Below the pieces are notes generated by a model, which saw only the letters and a program-made list of their open reading frames with translations, was not told where the DNA came from and searched no databases. A stretch of DNA of 63,393 bases, counting the filler, from Basidioascus undulatus (lineage: Eukaryota): the NCBI GenBank assembly GCA_000826855.1. It is 10 parts of 10 records of this genome, joined end to end, with 100 filler letters (N's around TTAATTAATTAA, not from the genome) between each part and the next. Parts side by side here need not be neighbours in the genome. Positions count along the whole stretch, not along the records: positions 25,489 to 31,750 come from JTLS01001776.1; positions 31,851 to 38,095 come from JTLS01001777.1; positions 38,196 to 44,437 come from JTLS01001778.1; 7 more parts are not named here. One strand, 5' to 3'. The first letter of the stretch is position 1, and each line of letters begins with the position of its first letter. The translations under genes were made by a program, and so were the position numbers. This document shows positions 26,197 through 38,784 of the stretch, one piece after another.

Positions 26197-27372
26197 CGAT
26201 GCTGGTGTGAAGGGCTCTTGCGCGACTCGTCCAGCAAAAGACGCTTGCCTAGCTGCCGGCACGCAATCGAAAAAGGTACAAATACTGGTCGTCTTCTCCT
26301 CGCTGCTCCCCAAAGAAAGAGCAGCGACTCTGGCACGCATACACACGTACACACCCTCTTTACTACGCCCTTCGCTCGCCATGCGCCCTACCAACATCTC
26401 CCGCATCGTCAAGACATCCCCTTTCGCCGCGGCCCTGCGCCTTAGAGACTTCCACCCGACGTCCATTCACACTCTCCCATCGGCGCCTGCCGCCCGCGGA
26501 GGGTTCGCTCATGGCGGGCATGCCGCCCCTTCAAGGTTCTCCTCCAAAGCTCGATTCGGACCCAGAGCGTACGGCGGAATTACTCCACCGGTGAAGAAAG
26601 GAAGTCGCCCTCCGTTTCCGCCGTTGAGTACGGGAGCCTTCCAAACGGGGAGGGGAGGACACGAAACGATGTATGTTTGGGGTAGAAGGACCCGCAGCGC
26701 CCGACGCTGCTACCGACGAGTCGGGAGCTGGACGACAGACGCACCCCGGCGGAGGAGGCGTTGATAATGCTGGCGAAGCTGGTAGGACGCATGAGGGAGA
26801 AGGAAGTTTAATTCCGTCAGGTGAATTGTAAGTGTACTGCCAGATAGAGGAGCTGAGCGACGGACTGTGCGCTGTTGTAGCATCATCGCGGGCGGGCGTG
26901 TCGGACGGCAGACCTCCCTAGGCAGGGCCGTGCATGCCGACGCCCTAGATTCAAGAAGCGGAAGTTTTGACTTAGTGAGAACCCATTGCTTACTACCTGA
27001 ATCATTCCGTGACCGGGCTTTCACGGTATTGACAGGCACAGTTCAAGCACACACTCTATGCGCCCTAACACTTTGGGAGACGGTTGACTTCGGAAAATTT
27101 TCACTTTTATTTATTTCTTTCATTGAACATAACTGCAACTTTGACGCCATAGGCCGAGGGGCTGCAGGAAATCGCTGCGTGATGAGACCACTGTGTTGTA
27201 CGCCGCGGCGCAGCGGAAGAATGGGAAAATCGATCTACCGTAGTAGACCCATCCATGACCTTAAAGGATGAAAAATATCGACTTCGTTCACGTCGCTCAA
27301 GGGGTCGTGGAATTTCAAGCCAGGTGAGCGGTCGTGCGTATTTCTTTGACGGGGAACACCATGACCGGTCCG

Positions 27373-27389
27373 ACGCGTGCGCGACGCGT
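27373..27389. promoter_or_regulatory. Paired ACGCGT (MCB-like) sites upstream of the E(z)-like gene
   Basis: ACGCGT at 27373-27378 and 27384-27389, about 75 nt before ATG 27462. Confidence 0.3.
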
Positions 27390-27461
27390 CCTTCAGGCTT
27401 CGCCTCCTCGTGCGTTTTGCCTTTTGACCACCACCATCGCCTTCTTCTGCTCACCCCATCG

Positions 27462-30400
27462 ATGGACACAAGGGCTTTACTCTCGTCCTTCCTCGAATCG
27501 ACTGCCTCCGCCCACACCGAGCGTAAAGCCGCCCAGCTCTCCTCCCTCCTCCGCACCCCACCCCCCTTGCGCGGCCCAACCCCCCAAGCGCTGTCCTCTT
27601 TCCTCTCCCTCGCGCCCTCCTCCCCCCGCTCCTCACCCATCTTTCCTCCCCGAATAATCGGGCGCACTCGGAACATTTCAATCCCCCGTGCGCCCTTGCC
27701 AGCGCCCAGACACACGCATGTCCTCCGCAGCGGGATGTGGGACGTCGAGCCTGTGCGGGGGGAGGGGACGAAGGACGAGAGCGATGTACTGGCGTTCGAT
27801 CCGGTCCAGCTGGTTGATGACGCTGGGTGGGAAAGGCGCGAGCTGAGAGCGCTTGCGGAGGGGATGTGGTATGAGGAACGGGGGTGGGGGACGGACTGTG
27901 AGTGCCGTGGTGAGCCAGGGGTAGAGGGAGGACTGACGTGGGATGGGCGAGGGGACAGGGGACAGGATAGAAGTGGACGTCAGGCGTAAGGCGCTTGATA
28001 TGGGCTTGGAGGATGCGGGGATCGATGCTGCGGGGGTCTTGCACCGGTCTACCGCGCAGCTCGTCAACCTGTGTGTGGCTTCTGTCTTCTCTCCTCTTAC
28101 ACTTTCATCCTACTCAAGCCATCTCCTACAGCGAATCCCACAGCCCCCTCTCGACGCTCGCCATTCCCGCACCCCCAGGGTTTGCCCACCTTCCCTTCTG
28201 CCCGCGCTGCTTCTCGACGCTGTGCACATGCGGGCTCCTCCCGTCCAGTTCGTCTTCCTCAACCACCCCCATATCTTCTCCCCTTCTCGATCTCACACTT
28301 CCCAACCCAAAGATCCGGAATACACCTACCAGCCCCCTCTCTTCCTCCCTCCCCCTCCACCGTTTTCTCCTTCCCTCTCACCCCAAAAACCATGCGGACC
28401 GGACTGCCACATCCTCAAGGTCCCTCCTCCCCTTCCCACTTACCATTTACCTCGCACTCACCCCACCCCACAGAACGGCCCACACCCCGAACCCCTCAGC
28501 GAGTCCGACCTCGAAACCCTCCGAGCTCTCTCATCCTTCCCCGACTTCGCCGCTTCCTCACCCTGCCAGACCGCCGCGGCCGCAGGGCTGCCATGCTACC
28601 TCGTCCGTCCCCCTTTTCCTCCCTCCTCACCCTCATATCTCTCTCATCCCTGACCTTCTTTGATTTTGGACAGGTAGCGCCCCACCTCTCCGCCCTCCTC
28701 TCCGCCCTCGCTCCTGCCTCTCCTCCCGCCGCCGCCCGCCCCTCACGCAAGCGTGAGCGACACATACGGCCGCACCTCCGGATGGCGCTGAATGATGAAC
28801 GGACGGATTTGAGGCATCCGTTCGTCCGCTCTTGGAGTGCAGAGGGGAAGCAGAAAGCGCTGACCTGGGGAAGGGAGACGGGACTAGCCATGTCCCCTGC
28901 CACCACACCGGCATCCCATGCACGCTCGCGCCCGCGCGCCTGTGCCCGTGCAGCGCACGCCAGACGTGGTGCGAGGCTTCGTGTGGGTGTGCGGCTGACT
29001 GTGCGTCCCCCCTGCCACCTCTTTCCCCTTTCCACCCCACCGACTGCTCCCCGTTCCACCGTTCCATTCTCTTTCTCCCTCTCTCTCCCCTTACCCCTTT
29101 CTCCTTCCCCCGTCTCCCTTCCACTCTGCCTCCGTTTCCTCCTTGGGACATGCTGAATGGGCACTGACGCATGGGTGTGGACCAGGCAAGCGCCGCCACC
29201 GCGGCTGCACCTGCCTTTCCCAAGGCCGCGCGTGCAAGCCGCAGACGTGTGCGTGCATCCGCGACGGGAGGGAGTGCGATGCGGATGCGTGCCATGCTTG
29301 TCGTGCGTGCCCCCTCCCCTCCCTCTTCTTCCTCTACCCTTCTCACTGATGGCTTTGAGTTGGATGAGCAGTAGGGGACGCCCGCCTCCCCCCCTCCCCC
29401 GGGAAGCGGCTCCGCGCGCCGTGCGCGAACTCGGGAATTCTTTATGGGGTAGCGAAAGTCCGTCCGTTTTTCTCTTCTCCACTTGTCCTATCCGGACAGC
29501 GTTTCTGATGGGGGAGGATGGGGCGGATGGATCGTAGATGCTCGCGCCCGGCAAATCAGCGACGCACGGCGCGGGGCTGTTCGCGCTGGAGGATATCGCG
29601 AAGGGGGAGTTTATCGCGCCCTACGTGTGTTCTTCTTCCTCTTCTTTTTTCACTTTCCCGCTGTTGCGCGAGAGGGGAGCCGAAATTGATTCGTCGATGG
29701 GCGCGGACAGGCAGGCGAAAGTATCGGGAGCGCGAACGACTTCCAGGGTCGCGGGTGGGTCGTCATGCAGTTCTCGAATCCTCCTCCTCCGAGGAGGAGT
29801 AGCATCGGGACTGAAGTAAAAGCTGATGGGGCGCGGTGCGGAACAGGCCGCTGTACGATGTGATTGGGCGGAGCTGTACGTCGCTTTCTTCCTGTCTCCG
29901 ACGCATCTGTGCTGAAATGGATGGGATTGCAACGGGGCAGACCTGTTCGATACAAACGACTTCCAAACGATCGATGGTTGTGCGTGCCCAACTTCTCATT
30001 GCTTTATTCGCAGCTCCGTCCCTTCCGTCGTGCTGACCGGAATGCTGCAGTTTCCATCGGCGTGCGTCCCGTCCCTTTCCCCCTCCCCCCCTCATGTGCA
30101 TTGCCCTGCGAAGTGCTGACCCAACAAATACAGAGCCTAACCCGCTTCATCAACGCCAGCGACTACGCGTCGTCCTCGCCCGCACGCCCGGCTGTCCGCC
30201 CCAACTGCGCGGCGCGCCGTACGTCCTCCCCTTTCCTCGCTTTCCCCCTTCCACAGCCGTGTGATGGGCGGGTACTGACGATTCAGGCCGCGGATTTGGG
30301 ATGGGACAGATCGGCGCGTCAGAGGAGGAGCGGACCGGATCGCTTTCTACGCCAGTGCGTGGTATCCATACTCCCTCCTTCTTTCTCGGATCCCCCGAAT

Positions 30401-30641
30401 TCTGAGGGTGACAGTTTATCTCAAATCTCCATCCACAGCATCGGACATCCCCGCCTTCTCCGAGCTCTTCTTCGCGTACGGGAAAGACTTCTGGGCTTCC
30501 AAAGAGAACGGGAAGAAGCAGAGCGGGAGCGAGTGGAGCGATGCGGAAGAGGAGGAAGAGGAGGAACAGGTCGAAGAAGAGGTGGAGGTGCAGAGAGAAG
30601 GACCGCGCACGAGGAGTCGAGTCGAGCGAGGGAGGGGATGA
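27462..30641 (+). CDS. Enhancer-of-zeste/Kmt6-like CXC-SET histone (H3K27) methyltransferase homolog, many exons
   Basis: FCPRCF and PCGPDCH (cf. EZH2 FCRRCF, PCGPQCY); CXC PCHH..C..CPC..WCEASCGCAADC..GCTC..CAC..RECDADACHAC; SET HGAGLFA, GEFIAPYAGE, YDVIGRSYLFD, RFINAS, PNCAAR, RIAFYA, ELFFAYG. Confidence 0.88.
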
Positions 30642-30874
30642 AGGGAAAGGAGAGGAAGACGTCGGCGAGGGGGTGAGGTGAGGATGGACGGCGGGGTGCG
30701 CGGATATGCGAGTCGGATGGTGGTGGAGTGGAACTTTCGCTGGCATGATACGTTGCCGTGTCGCTGTGTTGCGTTGTGTTTTACTGCAACGACGAAACAC
30801 CAGCATCGTGCGAAACACCGCAGCAAGCGACGACAATCCACGAATGACATGCGAATACCTATGTCTTCCCGCCC

Positions 30875-31750
30875 TCAAACGGCCTGCGCGCCATTGCGTC
30901 CCGCCTTATACGGCCTAATGAACGCGTCCTCCATCTCCTCCTCCTCCCTCTGCACGCGCTCGTGCATATCTCCCATCGCCTGCCTCGCTCTCCGCCGGCC
31001 AGTTGAGCGCCGCGGCGCGGTTGTCCGCTTTGACGCGCTCGACCTCGCGCGCGTCCCACTGCCGCCAGTCGCGCTCCATCTCAAACACCCACAGCTTGCG
31101 CTGCGGCCACGGGCGTGGGTACAGCCCTGCATTCCGCGTATCGGACGGCCGGTCCCGCGTCCGCGCCCACTCGCGCTCGGCTGCGTGCGAGAGAGACTTG
31201 TTGGACAGGATGTCGAGCGCGGGCTCGAGCTGTCGGCGGGCGGGGCAGGTGAGACATGAGAGAGGAAATGAGACAGAGGAGGGGTAAGGACGGACGAGAG
31301 AGGCGCGCATCAGCGCGCGGTTTGCGTCCCGCCGCTCGGCCATCTCTGCATCTTCGCGGGCTTGCTTCCTGCAAATGCGTTGGTTAGAACGTCAAGACTG
31401 AAGTGGAATGGAATGAATGCAAGACAAGAACGCACTCCTTGTTGACAGCCGAGACGACGTGGGGCGTCTTGTTTTGCTGTTCGGACGATCACACAGTTTC
31501 ATGAGCAAGGCGCAGGCTTTGGCAGCCAGACCAGCTCAGACCAACGCACCTGATCCGCCTTCGCCATCAGCGCCGTAAAGTCCACCGCGTTCGACGGCCT
31601 GCTCACGCCCGCCCGCGCCGTGGGTGTGGCCCTGCCCGATGGGGCCTTCAGGCGCGCCGCAGCGGCCGGCGAGCCCTTCGCGCCTGCAGCGGTGGACGAC
31701 GCGAGGGAGGGCCCTCTGCGCGCAGCGATGAGTGTGGAGCAGAGTAGCCA
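30875..31750 (-). CDS. Hypothetical protein 3' part, possible 1-nt frameshift near 30997
   Basis: GT-AG spliced exons KQAREDAEMAERRDANRALMRASL / LEPALDILSNK...KLWVFEMERDW; plausible tail RQAMGDMHERVQREEEEMEDAFIRPYK lies in another frame. Confidence 0.45.
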
Positions 31751-31850
31751 NNNNNNNNNNNNNNNNNNNNNNNNNNNNNNNNNNNNNNNNNNNNTTAATT
31801 AATTAANNNNNNNNNNNNNNNNNNNNNNNNNNNNNNNNNNNNNNNNNNNN
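31751..31850. other. Artificial contig linker
   Basis: 44 N + TTAATTAATTAA + 44 N. Confidence 0.98.
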
Positions 31851-33656
31851 GTGCGCGCTTGCGGGATGTGGATGCGGGCGGGGCGGATGAGATGAGGGGA
31901 GACGGGAGGGAGGAAATGGGATGGGTGGAAGGGGGGAAAGGACGCACAAGCTGCTGCTGTCGTGCCCACTCCGCCTGCTGCTGCTGCTGCTGCTGCAGCG
32001 CCCACTGCTCCTGCTGCTGTTGCTGTGCGTACGGGTTCTGCGTGCCCCCCAACCGTACCCACTCAGCCCCACGCGCTCTGTGGGCCATCGATTGTGAGTT
32101 GCCCGACGCACGAACGACGTAAACTGCGGCTGGAGCTGCTGCTGCTGGCCGCCCGAGACGTCGACGAGGAAGCCCGTCTGCTGGGGCTGCTGGACGGGGA
32201 AGCCCGTCGGCTGCGTCGGGATCGGGTTCCCGAAGAAGTCGACCTGCTGTGGCTGCTGCTGGTTGTAGGCGTTCGGTGCCCAGCTGGTGTGCCGCATCAC
32301 CAGGTCAGCTGCTGCGAACGAGGAAAAGCAACAGAGGGAATGCGCGGGGGAGTGGGAGAGGAGGAGGGAGGGGAGGACGAACAGCTGGGAGTTGTCGTCG
32401 AACAGGGCGCGCTCGGTCGCCGATTCCGCCTCGGCCTTGCGCTTCTCTTCCTCCGCCTTCGAGAGCGCGAGCGCGCGCGCCAGGTCGTCTTCCCTGCCCG
32501 CGCCACCCCTCGCAAACATTTCAGTCAACCTCCTCACGCCGAACGGGGGAGAAAGGCAGCGTGGGGGGAGGGGGAGGGGGAGGGGGAGGGCAACGCACTC
32601 CTTGCTCTGCCTCTTGATCCTCTCCTGTTCGTCCTGGGCGCTCCGCAAGCTCGCCTCCATCGCGCGCTGAAGATCCGCGTCGTCGTCTCCGCGCCCCCTG
32701 CGATTGGGCGGGGTGCTCCTGCTCCTTCGTCCGGCGGTACCATACCCGCCCTCGCCGAGCCCAAGCTCCGCGGCCTCGTCCGCGCCGTACCCGCTCTCGC
32801 CCGCGCGCCCGCGGCCTGTCATGCGGTCGCGCATGCTTGCGCGGTTCCGGCGCTCGTCCTTGAGTCGACCCTCGTCCTGAAGCAGGTTCGTGATATCCTT
32901 CGCCTTCTGCCGCACGTTCGCGCCCTGGTCCTTCCCGTCCTCGTCCACGTACTGAAACTCCTTGAGCGTCTTGACAATGTACATGTTGTCTCGGAAGTAG
33001 AGGCACACGTTGTCCGACCCCGCGTGCAGGAGGTAGTCGAGGAGCGTGAGCGCCTGCGGGTAGGCGCGGGGGTGCGTCAGCGCGGAGATGGGGTGGACGA
33101 GGGGGAGGGGGAGGACGGACCTTGAAGACATGTCGCCAGTTCTTGCCCTTGTCATTGAGACGCTTATCAAGCATCTCCATGATCTCGACAAAATCGTTCC
33201 TATACCACCGCCTCAGCTCAGTCGACCGCCATCTCCGAGCTCCCAGCTGAAACGCACTGGTTATACGACAGCTGCGCAAGCTCGTTCATCTGCGTCCCGG
33301 ACGGGCCCCACGGGTCGTTGGACGTCGCCTCGCGGACCTTGGCTGTAGCCACCGAGCGGGAGCACAGGAGCCTTTGCATCAGCTACGAGGGCGCGTGGGG
33401 TGGGGGGGGGCAGGGCGAGCGCGGCGGACCTTGGACATCTGAGTAGCCCTTTGTGTAATTTTTGGCTACCCGCAAAGCTAGAGGAGGGTTGCCAAGATGG
33501 TGCGTGAGTGAGTCGTAGCGGGCGGAAAGGGCGGGCGGGCGGAGGCAGACGCTGCTTACCGGACTTGCCGCTGGAGGAGGGGGGACAGAGCGGCGTGTGA
33601 GCTTACTCGGGGGATGGGTGGTGAGAGTCGACGTACAACGACTGCATGGTCGACAT
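31851..33656 (-). CDS. Epsin (ENTH + two UIMs, Ent1/Ent2-like), 3' truncated
   Basis: [87 protein letters not shown]; UIMs DADLQRAMEASL and EDDLARALALSK; QPTG-type repeats. Confidence 0.96.
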
Positions 33657-34233
33657 GCTGGAGAGCGGGTGATGGCGGGGCTAGGGAGCGCGGCGGCGGA
33701 GAAGACGCCCGGGGAGAGGGCGGGTCGGGGACGGATGAGCTGATGATACGGGCGCCGGGGCGTGCGCGCTGGCGGGGCGGATGGGGACTATGGCGCTGTG
33801 GATGGCTGCGCTGAGTGTTTTAGTGGCGGAGATGCAGATTCAGGCGTGGTTTAGAGGAGATTTGGTTCTGCAGGGAGGCAGAGGGTGCTGGAGAAGGGGC
33901 AAGGAGCAGGCAGACCAGACACACGGCGAAAGGGAGAGTGCTGCGGGCGTGACGCCGGTGACCCAACTTCGCAATGGCCCGCCATGCCTCCGCCTCGCCC
34001 GTCGATCAGTCCATTATACGCGCGCAGTTGCAATTTTTCATCCTCCCACATCGTTCCATACGAAATGTCTACTGCGGAATAGCACAGCATCCATGTTGTC
34101 GCAGACCCAAACCTCCAGCTGCCGAACCGAAACGAGCCTCAACCCGAAAGCGACTCCGGTCCAAGACTGCGCTGCGCTCTTCGCCCTCCACCGCCATCGT
34201 CTTCGTCTTCGTTTTCGTCCTTCTGGGCGCCCC

Positions 34234-34683
34234 ATGCCCCCCAGCCTGCACGGCATCGGGGTCGACATCCTGCACCTCCCGCGCCTGCGCGCGCTCATCG
34301 CCCGGCGCGGGGCGGACGCGCTCGCGCGCCGCATCCTGGGCGCGCGCGAGAAGGCCGTCTTCTCCCGGTTGACGAGCGGGGAGGGGAGGGAGAGGTTCCT
34401 TGGTGTTAGGTGCGTTTGACCTTCCCCCTTTAACTCCATCGAAGTTCTTTTTGTTGAGCAGTGGAGGAACAGGTGGGCCGCGAAAGAGGCGGCCTACAAG
34501 GCACTGTTTCCTGCGGTGCGAGTGACATGGAAGGACGTCGAGGTCCTCAAGGGCGGGGGGAGTCCGCGACCGGAACTGGTGCTTGTGAGGGAGGAGGATC
34601 GGGAAAAGGTGGGCAAGACGCATGTCAGTGTCAGCCATGATGGGGAGTATGTCGTCGCGTATGTCGTCGCGGAGGGGCGATGA
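34234..34683 (+). CDS. PPT2: AcpS-type 4'-phosphopantetheinyl transferase (Ppt2/PptB-like), one intron
   Basis: GIGVDI, RFLGVR/WAAKEAAYKA, HVSVSHDGEYVVAYV; ATG 34234, TGA 34681-34683. Confidence 0.93.
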
Positions 34684-35161
34684 ATCTGCAGCTTTGGTAG
34701 ACGACTTGTCAGAGGACGCGCTGCTTTGGATGGAATTGCTTCAGAACACGAACGATAACACTTCTTTATAAAGGCTCAAGTAACATGAAGGTGCCACAGA
34801 GACGTATGCTGAGGTGGGACCGGTCATTGAAAGCCAGTCCAAGAAGTATCGGCACTGCGCTGCAAGGACACGTCTCTTGCCAACAGCTTGCTGGAGACTG
34901 ACATGTACAGAAATATTGACCATTCTATTTGATTTTTCCATTCAACATAGCAGCTTCCCAGCAGTCAAACCACATAACCTATCCGCAAGTCGACGCCCAA
35001 ATAAAAAATGGCCCTCGAACAATGAGCGGCTCTCACACGCCCGCGCCCGCTGCCGGGCGGCCTTCTGCGCGCAAGGCCCGATTTTCTCGCTTGCTGCCTG
35101 TCTTCGACGCTCATCCCGCCGCTCACCCCACCTTACGCTCGCTCGCTCGCTCGCTCTTGCC

Positions 35162-38095
35162 ATGGCGCCGTTTACTCGCCCAGAGACGGTCCTCAAGGTG
35201 CGTTTGGCGCTCAAATGTGGGGAGAGGTGCTCGAGACTAGGGCGGAGAGCTGATTCGGACGTGGTGGCGCCGAGAACAGCGGGCTGAGGGTGAGCTGGCG
35301 GTTCTTCGCTACTTTGCTTTTTGAGGGTGGTTTGGGGGTGGAGGAGGTCATGGGAGAGGTGATGATGGGTGCAGGAGCGCGGGGGGCGGGGGATGGGAGA
35401 GAAGGATGGAAGGAAGGAAGGGAAGAGGCGGGCGCTGACCCCCCTCCCGTCTTCTCTCGCAGAGCTCGTGGCCGTAAACCAGCACACGGCCGCGCTCCAG
35501 TCGCTGCAAGAGATGTTCACGTCGAAGCGGTTCCGGTCTACGCCGCTCGCGTCGCTCGAGCCCATCATGCTGCGCTTCGTCGAGCTCTGTGTCACCCTCC
35601 GCAAGGGGCGCACGGCCAAGGAGGGCCTGCTGCAATACAAGAACATCTCGCAGAACACGAACGTGCAGTCGATCGAGGTCGTCCTCCGCCGCTTCCTCGC
35701 GCTCGCGGAGGAGAAGGTCGTCGAGGCCAAGGCCAAGGCGGACGCGCTTCACCCCGCCGGCGACGAGGCGGCCAAGGAGGATGGCGACGGCGTCGAGGAC
35801 CTCGAGGCGTCCGAGACGCCCGAGAGCATCCTCCTGTCTGCTGTGTCGTCCGACCAGAGCAGGGACAGGACCGACCGCGCCATCGTCACCCCCTGGCTCA
35901 AGTTCCTCTGGGAGGCATACCGCACAGTGCTCGACACCCTCCGTAACAACGCCCGCCTCGAGATCCTCTACCAGGTTCGTCCCCTCCCCTCCCCTTCACT
36001 TTCTCTTTTCCACTCGTACCCGCACCCCGCATGCTGACAATCGACTCTTTTCGCACCACAGCAAATCGCGACGCAGGCGTTCCAGTTCTGCCTGACGTAC
36101 ACGCGCAAGACCGAGTTCCGGCGGCTGTCTGAGCTCCTGCGCTCGCACCTCGCGAACGTCGCCAAGTACGCGCACCAGACGCACTCGATTAACCTGACGG
36201 ACGCGGACACGCTGCAGCGCGCGCTCGACACGCGCTTCGCGCAGCTCAGCGCCGCCGTCGAGCTCGAGCTCTGGCAGGAGGCGTTCCGCTCGGTCGAGGA
36301 CATTCACCAGCTCCTCACCATGGCCAAGAAGGCGCCGCGCCCGGCCATGATGGCGGGGTACTACGAGAAGCTCACCCGAATCTTCCTCGTCGCCGAGAAC
36401 CACCTCTTCCACGCGGCCGCGTACGCGCGCTACTACGCCCTCGCACGCTCCACCGTCAAGACCGACGAGGACCACCAGCGCCTCGCCGGCTTCGTCCTCC
36501 TCTCCGCGCTCGCTGTTCCCGTCCACGCTGCGTCGGGCGACGACAACGTCAAGGCGACTTCCCGCCTGTCCGCGCTCCTTAACCTGCAGAAAGTTCCCTC
36601 GCGCGGCGCGTTGCTCAAGGAGGCTGTACGTTTACGCTACTTCACGCTTCCGTACGGCTTGACGCTCATTTCCTGTTTCGGGTCCAAAGCTCTCCCGCAA
36701 CGTCCTCAAGCGTGTCAGCCCGTCGCTACGTGCGCTCTACTCGCACCTCGAGGTCGACTTCCACCCGCTGAGCATCTGCTCCTCTGTCGCGCCCATCATC
36801 GCCGAGATCGCCTCGAACGAGGAGACGGCGAAGTACGTCAAGCCGCTGCAGCACGTCATCTTGACGCGTCTGTTCGAGCAGCTCGCGCAGGTGTACGAGA
36901 CGGTCGAGATCGGCCACGTCCTCGACCTCGTCAAGCCGCTCGGCAACTTCGGCGAGAAGGAGATCGAGAAGTTCGTCATTGGCGCGTGCGCGACCGGCGG
37001 CCTCTCGGTCCGCGTCGACCACGTCAAGAAGAGCATCACCTTCCTCGAGGACGTCTTCTCCCCGCGCGCCGCGGCGATCGCCGCCCTCGGCGACGACGAC
37101 GTGCCCAAGCTCCAGGCGACTCCGGCCGAGCTCGTCCGCAACCAGCTCTCCCGCCTCGCCGCGACGCTCCAGGCCTCGCTCGCGACCGTCAAGCCCGAGA
37201 CGCTCGACGCCGCCGCCGAGGCGCAGAAGGCCGCCTTCGCCCGCGCCGTCGCCTCCGTCGAGGACGAGCGCAAGGCCTACCTCCACCGCCGCGCGATTCT
37301 CGCTCGCCGCCGCGAGCTCGCCGAGGAGCTCACTGCCCGCCGCGAGCGGGAGGACAGCGCTGCCCGCGCTGCCCGCGCCCGCGCCGCCGCTGCTGAGGAG
37401 TCCAAACGCCAGGCTGAGGAGTCCAAGCGCCGTGAGGCCGAGCGCATCCGCAAGGAGCTCGAGCAGGTCCGCATCGACGAGGCTCGCAAGCTTGCGCAGA
37501 GCCTTGCGGAGAAGAGCGGCCTCAAGGTCGACGTCAACGTGCGTTATCTCCTTTTCGGTTTCGCATTGTCTGTCGAGTACAGTTCGCTGATGCTGCTTCC
37601 GGGTGCAGGACGTCGACTCGCTCGACACCAACAAGCTTGTCCAGCTCCAGGTCGAGCACCTCGAGAAGGAGAAGTCGCAGCTGACCGAGCGTCTCCGCGT
37701 GACCTTCAAGCGTCTCGACCACCTCGAGCGTGCCTTCCGTCGCGAGGAGCGTCCCTTGCTCGCGGCCGACTACGAGCGGCAGCAGAAGGAGGACCGGGCC
37801 GTGCACCAGCAGGCCGTCGCGCAGAAGCGCGCCGACGCGCGCGCCGCGCACGAACGCGACATCGCGACCAAGAAGCGCCTCGCGCGCGTCGTGCCCGAGT
37901 ACGAGGCATTCCGCGCCGAGCTCGAGGCCCGTCGCGGGGACGAGTACCGCCAGCGCAAGGAGGCCGCCGAGCGCAAGATCGCGGAGGAGAAGGAGAAGAA
38001 GAAGCAGCGCATCTTGGCGGAGCGCGCGGCGGAGCAGGCTGCCCAGGAAGAGCGCGAGCGGAGGGCCGCGGAGGAGGAGGAGCACGAGCGGCTCG
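35162..38095 (+). CDS. TIF32: Translation initiation factor eIF3 subunit a, 3' truncated
   Basis: [104 protein letters not shown]. Confidence 0.97.
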
Positions 38096-38195
38096 NNNNN
38101 NNNNNNNNNNNNNNNNNNNNNNNNNNNNNNNNNNNNNNNTTAATTAATTAANNNNNNNNNNNNNNNNNNNNNNNNNNNNNNNNNNNNNNNNNNNN
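38096..38195. other. Artificial contig linker
   Basis: 44 N + TTAATTAATTAA + 44 N. Confidence 0.98.
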
Positions 38196-38550
38196 AGGAC
38201 AAAGGAAGGTGACAATAGGGAGAGGGTAGGGGAGGGTGTAGATGTCCTTGGTGAAGGGAGGGAGGGTATTCATGACAAAGTCATACATGCTTGGTGTTTT
38301 CATAGTGTCTAACATGCTTGCTCTCATCCCCAGCATCCACACACACCCCCAGCTCTGCCTCATCCTCATCATCCTCCTCTTTGGCAGTGTTGTCTGGCAC
38401 ACCTGCTGGAGTGGAACTCACTTCATCCACATCATCATCTACAACAACACCAGCCAAACCTGTCTTGTCCTCATCCCTCTCATCAGAGGCCATCACCACC
38501 AAAACCTCACTCTGTGACTGCACTAACCAGGCTGCACTCTTGTGCATCAT
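38196..38550. other. CpG-free tract (likely methylation/RIP-like mutated repeat)
   Basis: No CG dinucleotide seen before 38551, with abundant CA/TG, whereas genes elsewhere are very CpG-rich. Confidence 0.75.
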
Positions 38551-38750
38551 CGAAGATGACAGGGCCTTCTATCTCATCACTGACCTCATGGAGGGTGTTT
38601 CCCTTTCTGACCTTCCAGAGGAACAGAAGCCTTCCGTCATAGCAGAGGTGGAGAAACACCTGGAAACCCTACGAAACCTCAAGTCCGGCAAGATGGGAGG
38701 CCTTGCGGGTGACTGCTGCTTCCCGTACAGGATAGCTCGGCATCTGACGG
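38500..38750 (+). pseudogene. APH/choline-kinase-like phosphotransferase fragment
   Basis: EDDRAFYLITDLMEGVSLSDLPEEQK..VIAEVEKHLETLRNLKSGKMGG...PYR; no HxD or D motifs follow. Confidence 0.65.
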
Positions 38751-38784
38751 TACCATCGTCCTCCCATCCTCCCCTCTCCCAAAC

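Noticed and set aside
28496..38085. Long antisense or alternate-frame ORFs (e.g. 28496-29554, 31962-33125, 36726-37709)
   Set aside because: Shadow ORFs expected from high GC3 codon bias opposite real genes; no recognisable motifs.
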